NCBI GenBank assembly: GCA_964187785.1 | Contig: OZ076409.1 | Span: 85,004,001-85,068,000 of the forward strand | DNA: 64,000 bases | From: Amphiscolops sp. MND2022 | Taxonomy: Eukaryota | Direction of reading: 5' to 3' | In this document: piece after piece, positions 12,617 through 24,400 of the stretch | Numbering within the stretch: the first letter of the stretch is position 1 | How the letters are laid out: each line of letters opens with the position of its first letter | The notes under the pieces: generated by a model | Database searches by the model: none | What the model saw: the letters and a program-made list of their open reading frames with translations, nothing else | Told to the model about the DNA's origin: nothing | Program-made: the position numbers and the translations under genes

Positions 12617-12822
12617 GCATATCCGACGGCCAAAAACATTGTTATTTGAAAACGCTAGGTATTTGAAAACATGGATTCGATCTCATTTTCTTTGACCATT
12701 TTACTTCGATCTCAGTGACAGATTGCATATTCGCGCAAATTCATTCGATCCAAACGCCCACCGCCGGAGCTGGTCTTTGCGACGGTGAGGGCGAGCGTGC
12801 ATACACCGCATATGCCCCACAT

Positions 12823-13172
12823 GGGTGGCTGTAAATAGGTCGAATTTTTCTGGTCGAAAGGACAGAGGTCGAACCTTTTGATCGAATTGCAGGGATCGAA
12901 AGGAATGCGATCGAATTTTATCGTATTTGTTGTATGGCTCGGTCGCATCGCTCCCTTCGCCAAGTAGCAACATTGAGGCATGGCCATATGGCACGTCGCT
13001 CCGCTTCGCTTCGCTCCTGCATTCAGGGCACTAGGGGTATGTGAACATATCTGACTACGTTATAAAAATTTCGATCTGAGTTGTTTCGATCCCATTCAAA
13101 AAATTTGGTATATCGACCTGAGGACTAACTCTGATTTTCGATCCCGTTCCTTCGACCTACTTCCGCCCACCC
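12823..13172. mobile_element. Mutator-type MITE A2 (second, intact copy of family A)
   Basis: Aligns end to end with 10022-10369; perfect 9-bp TSD gccccacat (12814-12822 and 13173-13181). Confidence 0.9.
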
Positions 13173-13729
13173 GCCCCACATTATGATATTTCCGGGAGTT
13201 GGCATATTTATTCCTTGAGTTGGAATGGAGTTGGCTTAATTTTGTGGTCACTTGGCTTAAAATTTTTAGGCCAAATGACTCGACGAAAAAATTAAGCCAA
13301 ATGGTATTAAGCCAAGTGACTGGTAACCAATTGCAGTTAGCAACTTTACTCGACCCATTGCAATTACAATTACATCGATTTGCAATTAATTGCAATCCCT
13401 GCGCCCACCTTATCAAAATGACTTGCAGCGCACACAGACCCATGGACTATCAAATGAAAATCCCCCGGACTGAGAGAAACGGCAGTGATTTTTCTTTGGG
13501 AAATGTCAGATCGTGAACAAGGTTGATAATTGCTTTGACATTAGCAACGGAACGGGTCTCAAAGACAGACTTTTCTGCGATATGTGGAGGCACTTCAATA
13601 ACCAGATCGACGAAAACAACTCTTGTACATGATTAAGGGTGTGCGACTGTAGAAACATGGGACGAAGATGTTAGAAAAAAATGGGAAACATCCCATCTGC
13701 GAAAGCTGAAAATCCACATCAACAACAAC

Positions 13730-13895
13730 AAATTCAGGGAGGAGTCGGACCTTCTACGTTCTTGAAAAACCTCTAAAAATTGTGCGTGTGCAACCATGAA
13801 AATAGAGTCGGGTCGTTTTTCAGGCAGACTCTCGCAATCCAGGCAGGCAAAGCGGCCAGTGTAGTTGGAACGGTTCGGGAAGAAGACCACTTCGT
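13730..13895 (+). mobile_element. 3'-terminal fragment of the same RLE retrotransposon family as 4690-7560
   Basis: Nucleotide similarity to 7388-7560 (aaattcaggga...gggtcgtttttcaggcaga...gcggccagtgt.gttggaacggttcgg...gaagaccactt). Confidence 0.8.
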
Positions 13896-14267
13896 TATTT
13901 ATGTTTCCTATGTTGGGTGTCTGCTGCCCGGGCTGGGGGCACATGATGAATAAAGAAACGTTTTTTTTAAGATGACGCTGATTGATGACGACTATCCAAT
14001 TCTCATTAATCGTCTTTACACTTGTGTGCAAACCATGTGTGCGTTTGCCATCTCTCTAACACGATGCCCGCACCAGATTAATGACAACAATCTACGTTAT
14101 TAAGTCGGAAATTTTGGAATTGACCAGCGAACTTAGTTATATCGTGTTTTCGAATAACGGTTCTCGTGACACGAAAAAACCGACGATTTTTTGCGTCATA
14201 TTATTCACTTTTCATTTAGTTCAAGTAACGCTGGATCTGAGTTGTCTTAATCCTGACAAATGATTGT

Positions 14268-14955
14268 ATCTTGAGTTTGATGAATAAAAAAGGACGGTGC
14301 GTACGGAAACCCATTTTTCATATTTGGACAAATATGAAAGTAGCTCCGGTTAAAAGGATGGCCAGTCGGAGAGAGTTGAAGAGGGTGTCGTATACACTGC
14401 AAGCTGCAGAGTCTCCTTGCAGTGTCACTAACGGTCCCCTATAAACTTTTGAAAACCTTGGTAAGTGGAGGAAAATGGCGGATTCCCAAAGCGTCGAATA
14501 TTCAAAGCGTCGAAATTTTGCAAACTATTCATCGCGCCGAAAAATAATTATTGAACGCTTCTGATTGGTTGAAAATTGAAATAGGAAAGCAAATTAAATT
14601 TGTTGAATTTGTGTGCTACACAGCATCGAACTAATTACGATAACGTAGTCAGCTATGTTCACATACTCCTAGTGCCCTAAATGCAGGAGCGAAGCGGAGC
14701 GACGTGCCATATGGCCATGCCTAAATGTTGCTACTTGGCGAAGGGAATCTTGAGTTTGATGAATAAAAAATGACGGTGAGTACGGAAACCCATTTTTCAT
14801 GTTTGGACAAATATGAAAGTAGCTCGTGTTGAAAGGATGGCCAGTCGGAGAGAGTTGAAGAGGGTGGCGTATACACTGCAAGCTGCAGAGCCTCCTTGCA
14901 GTGTCACTAACGGTCCCATATAAACTTTTGAAAACCTTTGAGAGTGGAGGAGAAT
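14268..14955 (+). repeat. ~208-bp direct duplication (14268-14476 and 14747-14955) flanking a truncated MITE end and a hairpin cassette
   Basis: Both copies run from atcttgagtttgatgaataaaaaa to gtggagg.aat with scattered substitutions. Confidence 0.9.
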
Positions 14956-15282
14956 CAACAAATTACGGCATTAATGTCACTTTTAAACATTGCTCGTTGT
15001 AAAATGGAAATCTAGCAAAAAATGCACATCAAGGCATACCTTGTATTTATGCATTCATCAAGCCTAATCAAGTTTAAATAGGTTAGAGAAACAAAAAGCC
15101 CTGGGAATAACCTTAGTTGAATAGGGATCATTTGTTTCCAATTTTCGTTGTAGTTAAGGCCTTTTTGGGCGTTTTCACCTCGTAAAGTGCTTAATGTGAT
15201 GACTAGTTTCGTCTAATTGGCATCTTGGAGCATGTTTCAATAATGTATAGAATAATATTCATTATCGATTCAGTTTTCCAGA

Positions 15283-17028
15283 ATGTTCTGGCAGTGCAAA
15301 TACGCCACGTCAAGTCGGATTGATGAAATTCTTGAGGATTTCCAAAAATCATGTCCCAAAGAGGATGATAATGAAGATCCTGTTGAGCCCAATGACGAGG
15401 ATGTGGATCAGAATGCAGAGTCTGATGGAGGCGGAGACAGTACTAAAGATGGAAAGTGCCTGAGTAGTGAAGATCAAGAGAAAGTGCGTGCCCTAGAGAT
15501 CTCAAGTTTACTGGAACTTCTAAATGAAGATGATTTACTGCAAGAGGTCCGAACCAAAAACCAGCAATTACTCAATTTCCTATGCAGACCTTCCGTATTG
15601 AACTATATGATATCTCAGATTGTCAACGAACCTGTAGACGAAGAAGTGGAGATGTATCTTCGTTTCAAAAAGCCGAGTGTTATTTCGGAAATTTTATCAT
15701 CGTGTACTGATCAAATATGCAATTGTTTAGTAGAAGAAAAATGCCTAGAACACTTATTCACCCTAATTCGGAATTCAAACAGAATTAACCCGCTCCAAGC
15801 GAGCTTTTTCGCCAAAGTTGTAACTTCTTTATTTCCCAATTATGCTAGCCAGGTATCTTCGTTTCTGGGCAATCAGAGTCATATTATTACCTCACTTGTC
15901 GATCATATCGACAATTCTGCGTTTGCTGACGTTATCATGAGAATTGTCACTTTTCAAGAAAATGATTCTGTGAAAGAACAAATTTTGGGATTTGTACAAA
16001 GAGAAAAGCTGGTTTTAAAGTTGATAACATCGCTAGGTCAAGCTGCCGATAACCAAGCGAAAATGAATTCTGCCATGGTCTTGGAAGATTTGATTAGATT
16101 ATCCCGTGATCATTTGATTACTAGCATAGGACATGATCAGACAGATTTGTCACACGTTGAAAACCGGCAATGCGCGTTTTTACGTGACATTCTTTCTAAA
16201 GACGCCATTGAGCTCCTTTTGCTGCAAATTTCCGATAACTCTGACGACAATACCACCGTGGGTTTCACCATCAAGCTTTTCGTTTCTATGATCACAGCAA
16301 AACCAATGGCCCTCAGCCTCGCAGGTGCAAGTGAAGAGTTTCCTCCAAGCACCTTGGTTGTCCTCAATCAAACTATTTCACTCGCTTTCCAGCAGCTCGT
16401 TCCTGTGTTTGAACCTCTGGCGAATGTCTTTAAAAATCCACCTCATCAAGAACCACTACTACTGACGAGCTTGCCTACTCCGCAAACTCCACTCGGATGG
16501 GTGAGACTAGAAATAGCTGAGTTCGTTTTTGCAGTTATAGACCAATTTGCAACCAACGTTGCATTCTATGTTGAACAAGCGGCACCAGCTTTAGTAGAGT
16601 TGATCAAAAGTTCTTTAATGTCACAAGTTATTGAGTCCTTTTTCCTCTTCACTTCAAATAATATTCTCCATGGTTTGATAGTCAAACTTTTGCGTTCTTA
16701 TTTGAGTTTATGTACCGCTTTGAAAACATCATCTGAGCAAGTGAGGGATAATCTTGCTGCAATTGACCTGGAAAAATGTTTATTTTCGGACACTTGTCTG
16801 CTTTCTCGGCTCATAGAAACTTGGGAATCGTATCTAACTCAGAAAAAAGTAAAGTCAGAAAGTCTGTCGCCGGATCTCATAAATGGATGCAATCAGGGTA
16901 ATTTCGGACATGTCGTTATTATAACTGACGAAATCAATCGTTTCGTTCAAACACCCGATACTCTTCTCCTCTACTTGTCAGAAGATCAGCATTCAAAGTG
17001 GGCCACCATTAAAGAAGAACTTACCAGA
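15283..17028 (+). CDS. PPP6R3: Serine/threonine protein phosphatase 6 regulatory subunit (SAPS domain), coding exon 1
   Basis: MFW start; LLNEDDLLQEVRTKNQQLLNFL; RFKKPSVISEILS; INPLQASFFAKVVTSL; PLGWVRLEIAEF; NNILH; GNFGHV. Donor AGA|gtaagt at 17028/17029, phase 0. The paralog number is not resolvable. Confidence 0.92.
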
Positions 17029-18841
17029 GTAAGTCTTTTTTGTTAATGATTGGCACCCTTAGTGCCTAAACTTCACTTCTAAGCATTGGTTAGAGTATGA
17101 CAGTAAGATGCTCGAGGTGGCAAGAGCTCGTTCCCTGGGAATTACTCTGAGGGCACCTTACTATCATTCTCTAACCTACTTAGATCTCGTAAGTAGTCTT
17201 ATGATTGGGCTCTTACCTAGCAATCAACCCTTTTAGGATTTCCAAGATAACTCATAACTTTCAAGGGAATGTGAAGGAACAACCGTTATTGTTGCCCAAT
17301 TTTCGTAGTCGGGGTGGATGTCCACCTTCTGAGCAAAGTTCGCGACAACACCGAAAAAACTGCCAGTTCAAAAAAAGGTTGACTCTGTGAATGAATTGAA
17401 CAGTGACAAATTCTGGAAAGCAATCTTCTTCAGTATACCAGTTGCTTTAATTCGAAATTTCACTTTGGAAGTTCGTGTAAGTTTGTCTGTTGGTTATTCG
17501 ACTGTTTTCATGAGAGATTTACTGACCTCTTCAAATGTAAACGTTTTTTTTTTTTAAATTACAGTGTTCTTGGTTTCGTTCCCCGATGATTACAGTGTGA
17601 AATAACCGCTGATTTTTTTTATTTTAATGGTTATTTTGTAGGTTCTTCGGCATGAATTGAATGGTTAAAAGGATCCTTATGTTATCTAATAGCTACTTGT
17701 TTGCACTCAAAAAAGCATTGAACCAATGGATTAGAGAGCATCTATAGTTTTTTGAACTATAAAAACTGATTTGTATTTTTCTCTTCTCTTATTCTTTTGA
17801 TCTCGTGATCTCTTTGAAACGGGGATGAAAAGATAGTGCGTACTGTTTTTGTAGCTTTTTTACTGCTCAAGTGTTTGAAATAGTATTTGACGAGATCTTT
17901 CTGAAATGATCATAAACGATAAATTCAGTAATGATGATTATCTAAATTTTCCACGCTGTTGTATGTATACATATTTATATAGAATCATAGAATTGTAAAA
18001 TGAAAATCCTAATTGAATTCATAGAAGGGGCGATTCAATTTTTCCAGTTCATTTATCAAAATCAAAAGTCAGAGAAGAAAAATGCTTATCAATTAAGCAA
18101 GTCGATGTACCGTATAGGGTCCAAAAAAGTGCTGCGTCTTCCGTACATATAATGATAGTAATTTTCAAAGAATCTTGAAAATTTTAGTACTGAGGAAAAA
18201 CTTGACTCTTCAGGCTCGTATAGGTTTTCATATGAACCTAACATCCATCTAAACGATCGATAAGTACACTGAATGACGTTGTTCCTTGATTGGCATTTTT
18301 CGGTACTGTGAGTAAAACAGCCTATTAGCGAAAAAAAAATTCAAACACTAAGGACACTCCCTTCTAGTTTTTTTGGAACTGTGATATTTTGTTTGAAAAT
18401 ACTTAAGAGCTTTTTGAAGCTCAGATGGGGCACTGACTTATCCTGTTCTAGACTTCTCCTATTCCTTCTCGATTGTTCCACCTAGTTCTCGGAGTATTTT
18501 TTGTAATGGAGTTTTTTGTTTATGGCAATGGAGTACAGAAAGTCCCGCCTTTCCCGCAACAATTTTTTGTCCAAAATGTTTTTGCGAACGTCCCCAATTA
18601 AGTTATTTCAATTTCTTGTGTTACTGAGACCTTAAACGGAGAGCCTACTCTCTACTAAACGGAGAGAACTCTGGTTTTTTAAAATTCTTTGCCTACATTT
18701 CGATATTGCCATGCTCATGTTGCCTTGTTTCAATTTTGTTTCAAAAGATACATGTTGTTGCAGACTTCAACTACCAGTTTTTTAGGTCTATATAATAAGT
18801 ATTCATGGAGATTTTAGAGATGTGAAGCATTCATTTTGTAG

Positions 18842-19807
18842 ATAAATAAAGATTACGAAAAACCTTTGGGGGGAACCAATCCCAACAAATACAGCACAGA
18901 CGACGATGAACAGACCAATGTAATTTTGTCGTTCAATGAAGAACCAGCTCTGCAAAAGGCATTTGTTGAGTACACAACTCAGGAGATGACTATGGACACT
19001 TCTCAGTTCGAAAGTCTCACAGGCCCTCGCGACTTGGACGAGTTTTTCAGTGGCAGGTCGCTCCCCATTCCGCAGTTCAACCCACCTCTTGTCTCAAATC
19101 TGAATGACTTCGATCAAGAAAGGGGCACCAGTGTTTTTGAAAGCTTGTGCGAACAAAGGTTGAATACTTTCAAAGGTCTAGATGATGATGAAGGATCCCA
19201 GGTTGATATGGAAGGTGTAGAAAGCACAACTGGATCAAGAATAAACCAGTTTATGGCTAACACCTTTGACAGTAAATTTAATGAAGTTTTCAGTTCTCCA
19301 GACGACAAACCTCGCCATGTCGCTACTACTCAGGAAGCATCCAGTCCTTTTTTGGCAGATGATCCTTTTGCCTCTAGTCCATTTTCGTCACCCAACAGCA
19401 AATCAGAAGGTTTCTCAACTCAATCTGAACCTTTCCAGCCGTTCGGTTCTGGTTCAGGGGGAGCTTCGGATCCTTTTGGTACCGCAGACGATAGTCTGAA
19501 CTCACCTTCAAATTGGGCGGATTTTGCGAACTTTGCTGCTAATGCTACGCAAAGTAGTCCCAATAAACAGACTGGTTACGACCAACTGGTACTGCAATCA
19601 GTAGATTCGGGTGACATGGATGACGACCCCTTCAAGCCATCCAGCGACGAAACACCCGCTGTTTTTGCAAATCCACCTCCAGCACTCGTTGCAGAAGACG
19701 ATGTACCTTCTGAGTTGAGCGAGAACTTCAACTTTCTATCATCCTCCGGCTTGGCGAAGACAATTGCATCCGAAACAGGAGGCGATGATTCTAGTAGTAA
19801 CCAATGA
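18842..19807 (+). CDS. PPP6R3: PP6 regulatory subunit, coding exon 2 (acidic low-complexity tail; total ~903 aa)
   Basis: Acceptor ttttgtag|ATA gives in-frame ELTR-INKDYEKPLGG. LQKAFVEYTTQEMT, FESLCEQR and WADFANF match the style of the metazoan SAPS tail. Stop TGA ends at 19807. Confidence 0.85.
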   Translation: MNKDYEKPLGGTNPNKYSTDDDEQTNVILSFNEEPALQKAFVEYTTQEMTMDTSQFESLTGPRDLDEFFSGRSLPIPQFNPPLVSNLNDFDQERGTSVFESLCEQRLNTFKGLDDDEGSQVDMEGVESTTGSRINQFMANTFDSKFNEVFSSPDDKPRHVATTQEASSPFLADDPFASSPFSSPNSKSEGFSTQSEPFQPFGSGSGGASDPFGTADDSLNSPSNWADFANFAANATQSSPNKQTGYDQLVLQSVDSGDMDDDPFKPSSDETPAVFANPPPALVAEDDVPSELSENFNFLSSSGLAKTIASETGGDDSSSNQ

Positions 19808-21471
19808 AACGCTTGCTTTTTCCGGAAATTTTAGTTATTATAATTGTTAATATAAACCCACTGTCTATTGACAAGTTATGTTTAGATGATGTTTATATTT
19901 TTCTATCTCTGTAACCATCCTCAACTGATGAATAATAATATTGATAATGATGATGATAATAACTCAATGCTTGGCGAAACTCAAACCCCACATCCTTCAA
20001 CAATAGCAACTATGAAAGCTTGTTCCTTCTCTTCTGATTCTAATCAACCAATTACCTCCCCCTACCATATCCTACGTTTTCGTTTGGTAGCCTCTTATCG
20101 CACGCCAGTGTGGTCACAGCAAGATCCAAAAACCTTTGCTCCAAAACGATGGGACATCCAAAACGTCTCAATGTGAAGAACCGGAATAATGGTTGTATCC
20201 TTTCCGGAAAACCATGGACTTCGATGGTATACATGCATATTGCAAGTAGCTGGACATCCTGTTTGAAATCCATTGTGAAAGATACCCAAGTAGTCGAATC
20301 AGATGATGTTGTCATGCAAAGTCGCAGTGAAATGAATGAGTCTGCTGACCACAAGAACATCAGCACTTCCCAACATTGTTGAATTTTGTTTGTAATAATA
20401 GCGGCGGCAAATCTGAATGGTTGAGTGCTTCAATTTTAATTATTTCAAATTCTTTTCGAGATTGGAATAAATAATGATATTTCTTGAAGAAATGCTAATA
20501 TTTCAACAGCTCTGTAAATATTGTTGGTTTTTATGATCATGTAATTATACTCTACAGGAAATGATGAAACGATTTCAATCAATATCTTGGTTTAGTAAAT
20601 TTCATTTTGTATGAAAATTTGCGTCTCGGTATTACTAGATTGTGATGTTCCAACAAGTTTTTCAAAAAAATCATTTTCCTCAGTCATTTTAGCTTCATTA
20701 TTCCTTTATTAACGGCATTTTCTCAAGTCGGAATTGACCTGAAAATTGAGGATTTAGATTTGCTCCTTTTTTGTTTCAAAATCAGTTTTACCGGTTTTTA
20801 TCTGCCAACTTGGGAATCACCAAAAGTAACAAATTGATGTAGTATGCACTAAGGCGTTATTGGAGACAACTGACTGATGTTTTTGCTAACGGTTTTGGGA
20901 AAATTGAACTGAAACAGTGAGCTTTGTCTCCAAACGTTTCGAAAGCTTTTATTCTGAGTGCATCACGTAAATTAAGTACGTGTGTTCAAAACATGTTATA
21001 CTTCTAAAGAAGCAGAACCGCCGTTTTGCCCTAACAGCCTGTCAGATGAAACCACCAGCCTCTAGTGCTGTTTAACTAATTGATTTTCTTCCTATTGTTT
21101 CTAGTGTCTCATTGTTTTCAATTTAATGCTGTCTCATCGACTTACAAATTGTCGACTGGCAAGTAAGATTGTGTTGAAGAGTAAAACGTGAACTCAACTG
21201 CTCGTTGAATGTTGCTCTTTAAAACGCTAGAAATGGCATTCCAGTCATCGGAGTAATGCGAACTTTGCTTGCCAATCTCAGCAGTAAAATTCATTTATAA
21301 ATTAGGAGTCAATTTTCTAAAAATCATGTACGAAGTATTCTGGTGGAAGATGATAACTTATTGAGATTAAACCTTTTTCCATTGTTCCAGATGGATATGC
21401 ACGATGACTGACAAAAATGTGCCTCTGTTGTTTGAATTGACATTGAGCTTTGTCGGATGATCGGATAGGAA

Positions 21472-24400
21472 ATGTCCTCTAGCGGGATTTCACCCAGTGC
21501 TGGCTTGTCAAATAACACCAATCACCATGTTTCGCCCCCCTACAGCAATCACCCTTCCTCGCCTATCGTCTTCAACCCATGTGTTAGCTCTGGATCACAG
21601 CAACACGCTACAGGGTCCACTGGTCCCAGCAAGATAACTGTCACGCCCAACATTGGACAGTCATCGTTCCGCTCTTACAACTGTGTTCAAATGATCACTG
21701 CCTCGGGTGTGCAGACAGGGGTTACTACTTCGCCTGTCAAGGCTTTAAGTTCAGCGCAACGTGTCGGGCATTCAAATGCAATCACTTCTAATGTCCCGGC
21801 TATATCGGTTGTTCAACCTAGTGCAACACGTCTTCCGGTGAATAATATCTCTGCAAACAGTGTTTACTCTGTGTCTCCCGGGACCATTATCCCTGTACCA
21901 TATAAGGTCACAACCCCAGTTCAAGTAGCTCCAAACACGGTCGCCAATGCTGCTGTTGCTGGTAACATTACAGCGCCGTCATCCAACATTCCTGCTACGA
22001 GTGGCTTGGCACCAGGAATGGTTTTCAACCAAGCGCCCACTGTGGCTGTGCCACCTTCTGTCCAATCACAACCCCAGCAACTGTCTTCACCAGCTAATCA
22101 AAGTGCCTCTTCATTGCAGAAGCTGAAAGTGGAAGACGCATTGACTTATCTTGATCAAGTCAAGTTTCAATTCGGCGCCACGTGTGTGTACAACGAGTTT
22201 CTAGAGATAATGAAGCAATTCAAATCCCATACAATTGACACCCCTGGTGTCATCCAGCGAGTCTCAGATCTTTTTAAGGGCCATCCCCGTCTCATTTTGG
22301 GATTCAATGCCTTCCTTCCGCCTGGGTACCAAATACGGTGCATCAATAATTCTGTACATGTTATCACCCCAGGCGATGTTATGCAGCCTTTGAATGCTGG
22401 ACCCTCGAATGTTCCCTCTGTAACTGAGAATATTTCGACTGTTACTCCTTCGATGAACAACGCTAAGTCACCTGCATCGAATCAACCTTTATATTACAAC
22501 AGAGCTAATGCTCCAATTAGTTCAATGGTACCTTCAACAACAGTTATAGCCCGGTCAGTCCCTCCTTTAATTGCAAATCATCCTCCCAGTCACACCGTCG
22601 CGCAAGTTCAAAATCGCAATCCAACCCCAAATGTGACTGGTGGTGGTAATGTAGAACTCGTTTCTGAAAAGCAATCCCCCGAATTTGGCAGGGCCATATC
22701 TTACGTCAACAAAATAAAACACCGTTTTATCAACGACCCCCAAACGTATCAAGAGTTTTTAGATATTCTTACTAATTACCAAAAGACTTCGGATTCTCAT
22801 GATCCTCAGAAACCGTCTTCAAGAATGTGGGGAGATAAAGAAGTATACAATAGGGTTTCAATTCTCTTCAAGAAGGACCAGGATTTGATGGAAGAGTTCG
22901 CCAGTTTTTTGCCGGAAATGACAGGAATGCTGGTTCCTAAGAAACGAACTCCTCCTCCTTTGACCATGCCATCAAAAGTTTACCCCCCAAAAGCTAATTT
23001 TCCAGGTCAGCAAAAGCAACCAAATGCTGCCTACCAGGCTAACTTACAAGCAGCAGCTCAGCAAAATCCCCGGAGACGCACTTTGAGCAACGGATCTGTT
23101 GTGAATGTAAAATCAGTACCTACAGCTGTTGCTGCATGCGTAAGTAACCCTTCAAAAGTTAATGCCGGAATTACTCATTCCAACAAATCCCAGAATTCGA
23201 CGTCGCCTAACGTAAATTCAATTGAGGTGGTACCTAGCAAACGACCTCGTATGGCTAACGTTAGCGATGTTCATCTGAAAAGTGAAGGAACCCTTGTGAA
23301 CACCCGAAGTGAGTTTGCCATGTTTGACGAAATTCGAACTATTTTGCAAAGTGATGCGCGTGGCAATTCCAGCCCTCACTATAATGATTTCATAAAGTCC
23401 CTTTCATTGCTAAACAGAAAAATAGTTTCCAGGGAAGAATTCGCTTCCATGGTTAAACCTTTGTTCTTGGAAAGGAAACAGAGAAACAGTCACTGTCTGG
23501 TTTTCAAATGGTTGCTCGAGTTTTTGGGTCTAAATTCTACTTTATATTGTAAAAACTCCGATGTTAACCAAGATCACAGAGTAGGAAAAAGTCAACGGGG
23601 CTTCCAAGTTAAAGAGGATTTTGACAGTCATGATGAGAATCTTGATTGTAATGGAGAATTGAATGAAAGTGACAACTCGAAAGGAACAGAATATTGCAAA
23701 CCGGAAGTAGATAATGTTGAAGTTGTTGTTGATTCCCACAAGAAGGTCTCTGTAGACTGCGAAAGCACCGAATCTGTTTGCTCTAATGAGCTTTCTGGCA
23801 AAAATACGAAAGAAGCAATTGATGAATTGCAATTTGGAACTGATTTGTTGTACACGTATCCCCAACATGGAACTAGTTACAGAATTGTACCACCGCATTT
23901 GTTGGCCGATCAAACTCCCCCTATTGGATTGAGCAAATCCATCTCCGACTGTCTTAATTCTCAGTATCGAGTCGTGTCTTCAATCTCAGGCGAGTTCTCG
24001 TCATCATCCTACGCAAGTAGGAAAAGCTATAGTCTAGAGTACATGCATAGAATAGATGATGAAAGGTTTGAGTTTGATATGCTTCTGGAGACAAATCAAT
24101 CGGCTATTGCAAGCTTAGATTTCCTCCAGAAGGCTATACACCGAGCTTCTGAAGTGGAGTTGCAGAATTTTGATTTGAAAAGGTTGCTTAGTCCGGTTAA
24201 CCATTACAATTTGAAAACATCGGCAAATCGGGTATATGGAGAAAAAAGTGAGGAGATTTTGGACAGCATATTTGCGCACCCCAAAACGACAATACCCCTT
24301 GTGAGGTCTCGCTTATTTGCTAGACAGGAAGATTGGCTGATGAAGAAGAAAGCCTTCTGCAAAACATGGAATGCTACAAGCAGTAAACATGCTCTACGTG

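Larger units (their letters stand above)
10865..12765. mobile_element. Mutator-type MITE E inserted in cassette D1
   Basis: TIRs GGTGGGGTATTTTTGGATCGAA / TTCGATCCAAACGCCCACCGCC; perfect 9-bp TSD ggagctggt (10856-10864 and 12766-12774). Confidence 0.85.
10729..12822 (+). repeat. Hairpin cassette D, copy 1 (split by E; A2 inserted at its 3' edge). Other copies: ~11008-12199 (-, split by F), ~11410-11588 (+), ~12317-12514 (+)
   Basis: Four near-identical copies of ccccatttcctctagtgccccgcggccccttggggccgc...gatcgcgaagcgatc...gcgtgcatacaccg.atatg.cccca. Confidence 0.9.
10506..13327. mobile_element. MITE C (gtcacttggctta subrepeats) nested in B
   Basis: Inverted arms gtcacttggcttattgccatttggctta / taagccaaatggtattaagccaagtgac; flanks caattgcaa (10497-10505) / caattgcag (13328-13336). 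Confidence 0.7.
10370..13401. mobile_element. hAT-type MITE B inserted into the right TIR of A1
   Basis: TIRs CAGGGATTGCAATT / AATTGCAATCCCTG; perfect 8-bp TSD cgcccacc (10362-10369 and 13402-13409). Confidence 0.9.
10022..13410. mobile_element. Mutator-type MITE A1 (~350 bp of its own sequence), outermost layer of the nest
   Basis: Imperfect TIRs GGGTGGCTTTAAATAGGTCGAA / TTCGACCTACTTCCGCCCACC; perfect 9-bp TSD tatcaaaat (10013-10021 and 13411-13419); the right TIR is interrupted by element B. Confidence 0.85.
8170..13660 (+). mobile_element. Degenerate 5'-truncated LINE (CR1/Jockey-group RT), split by MITE insertions at 9537-9790 and 10022-13410
   Basis: LDITKSRGPN, NYRAVWLLNIDSKVFEK, QHGLVRGRS, YTDFAKALDRIP, GPLLFWIFMNDLP, IFADDLK (8500-9180). 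The protein match resumes after each insertion (LRLLNFLSLPMFVQMNELLLF at ~9905; GLKDRLFCDMWRHFNNQIDENNSCT..CDC at ~13555-13650). Confidence 0.85.

Noticed and set aside
19886..20382. ORFs just downstream of the PPP6R stop
   Set aside because: No homology and no convincing donor; most likely 3' UTR, though an alternative tail cannot be excluded.
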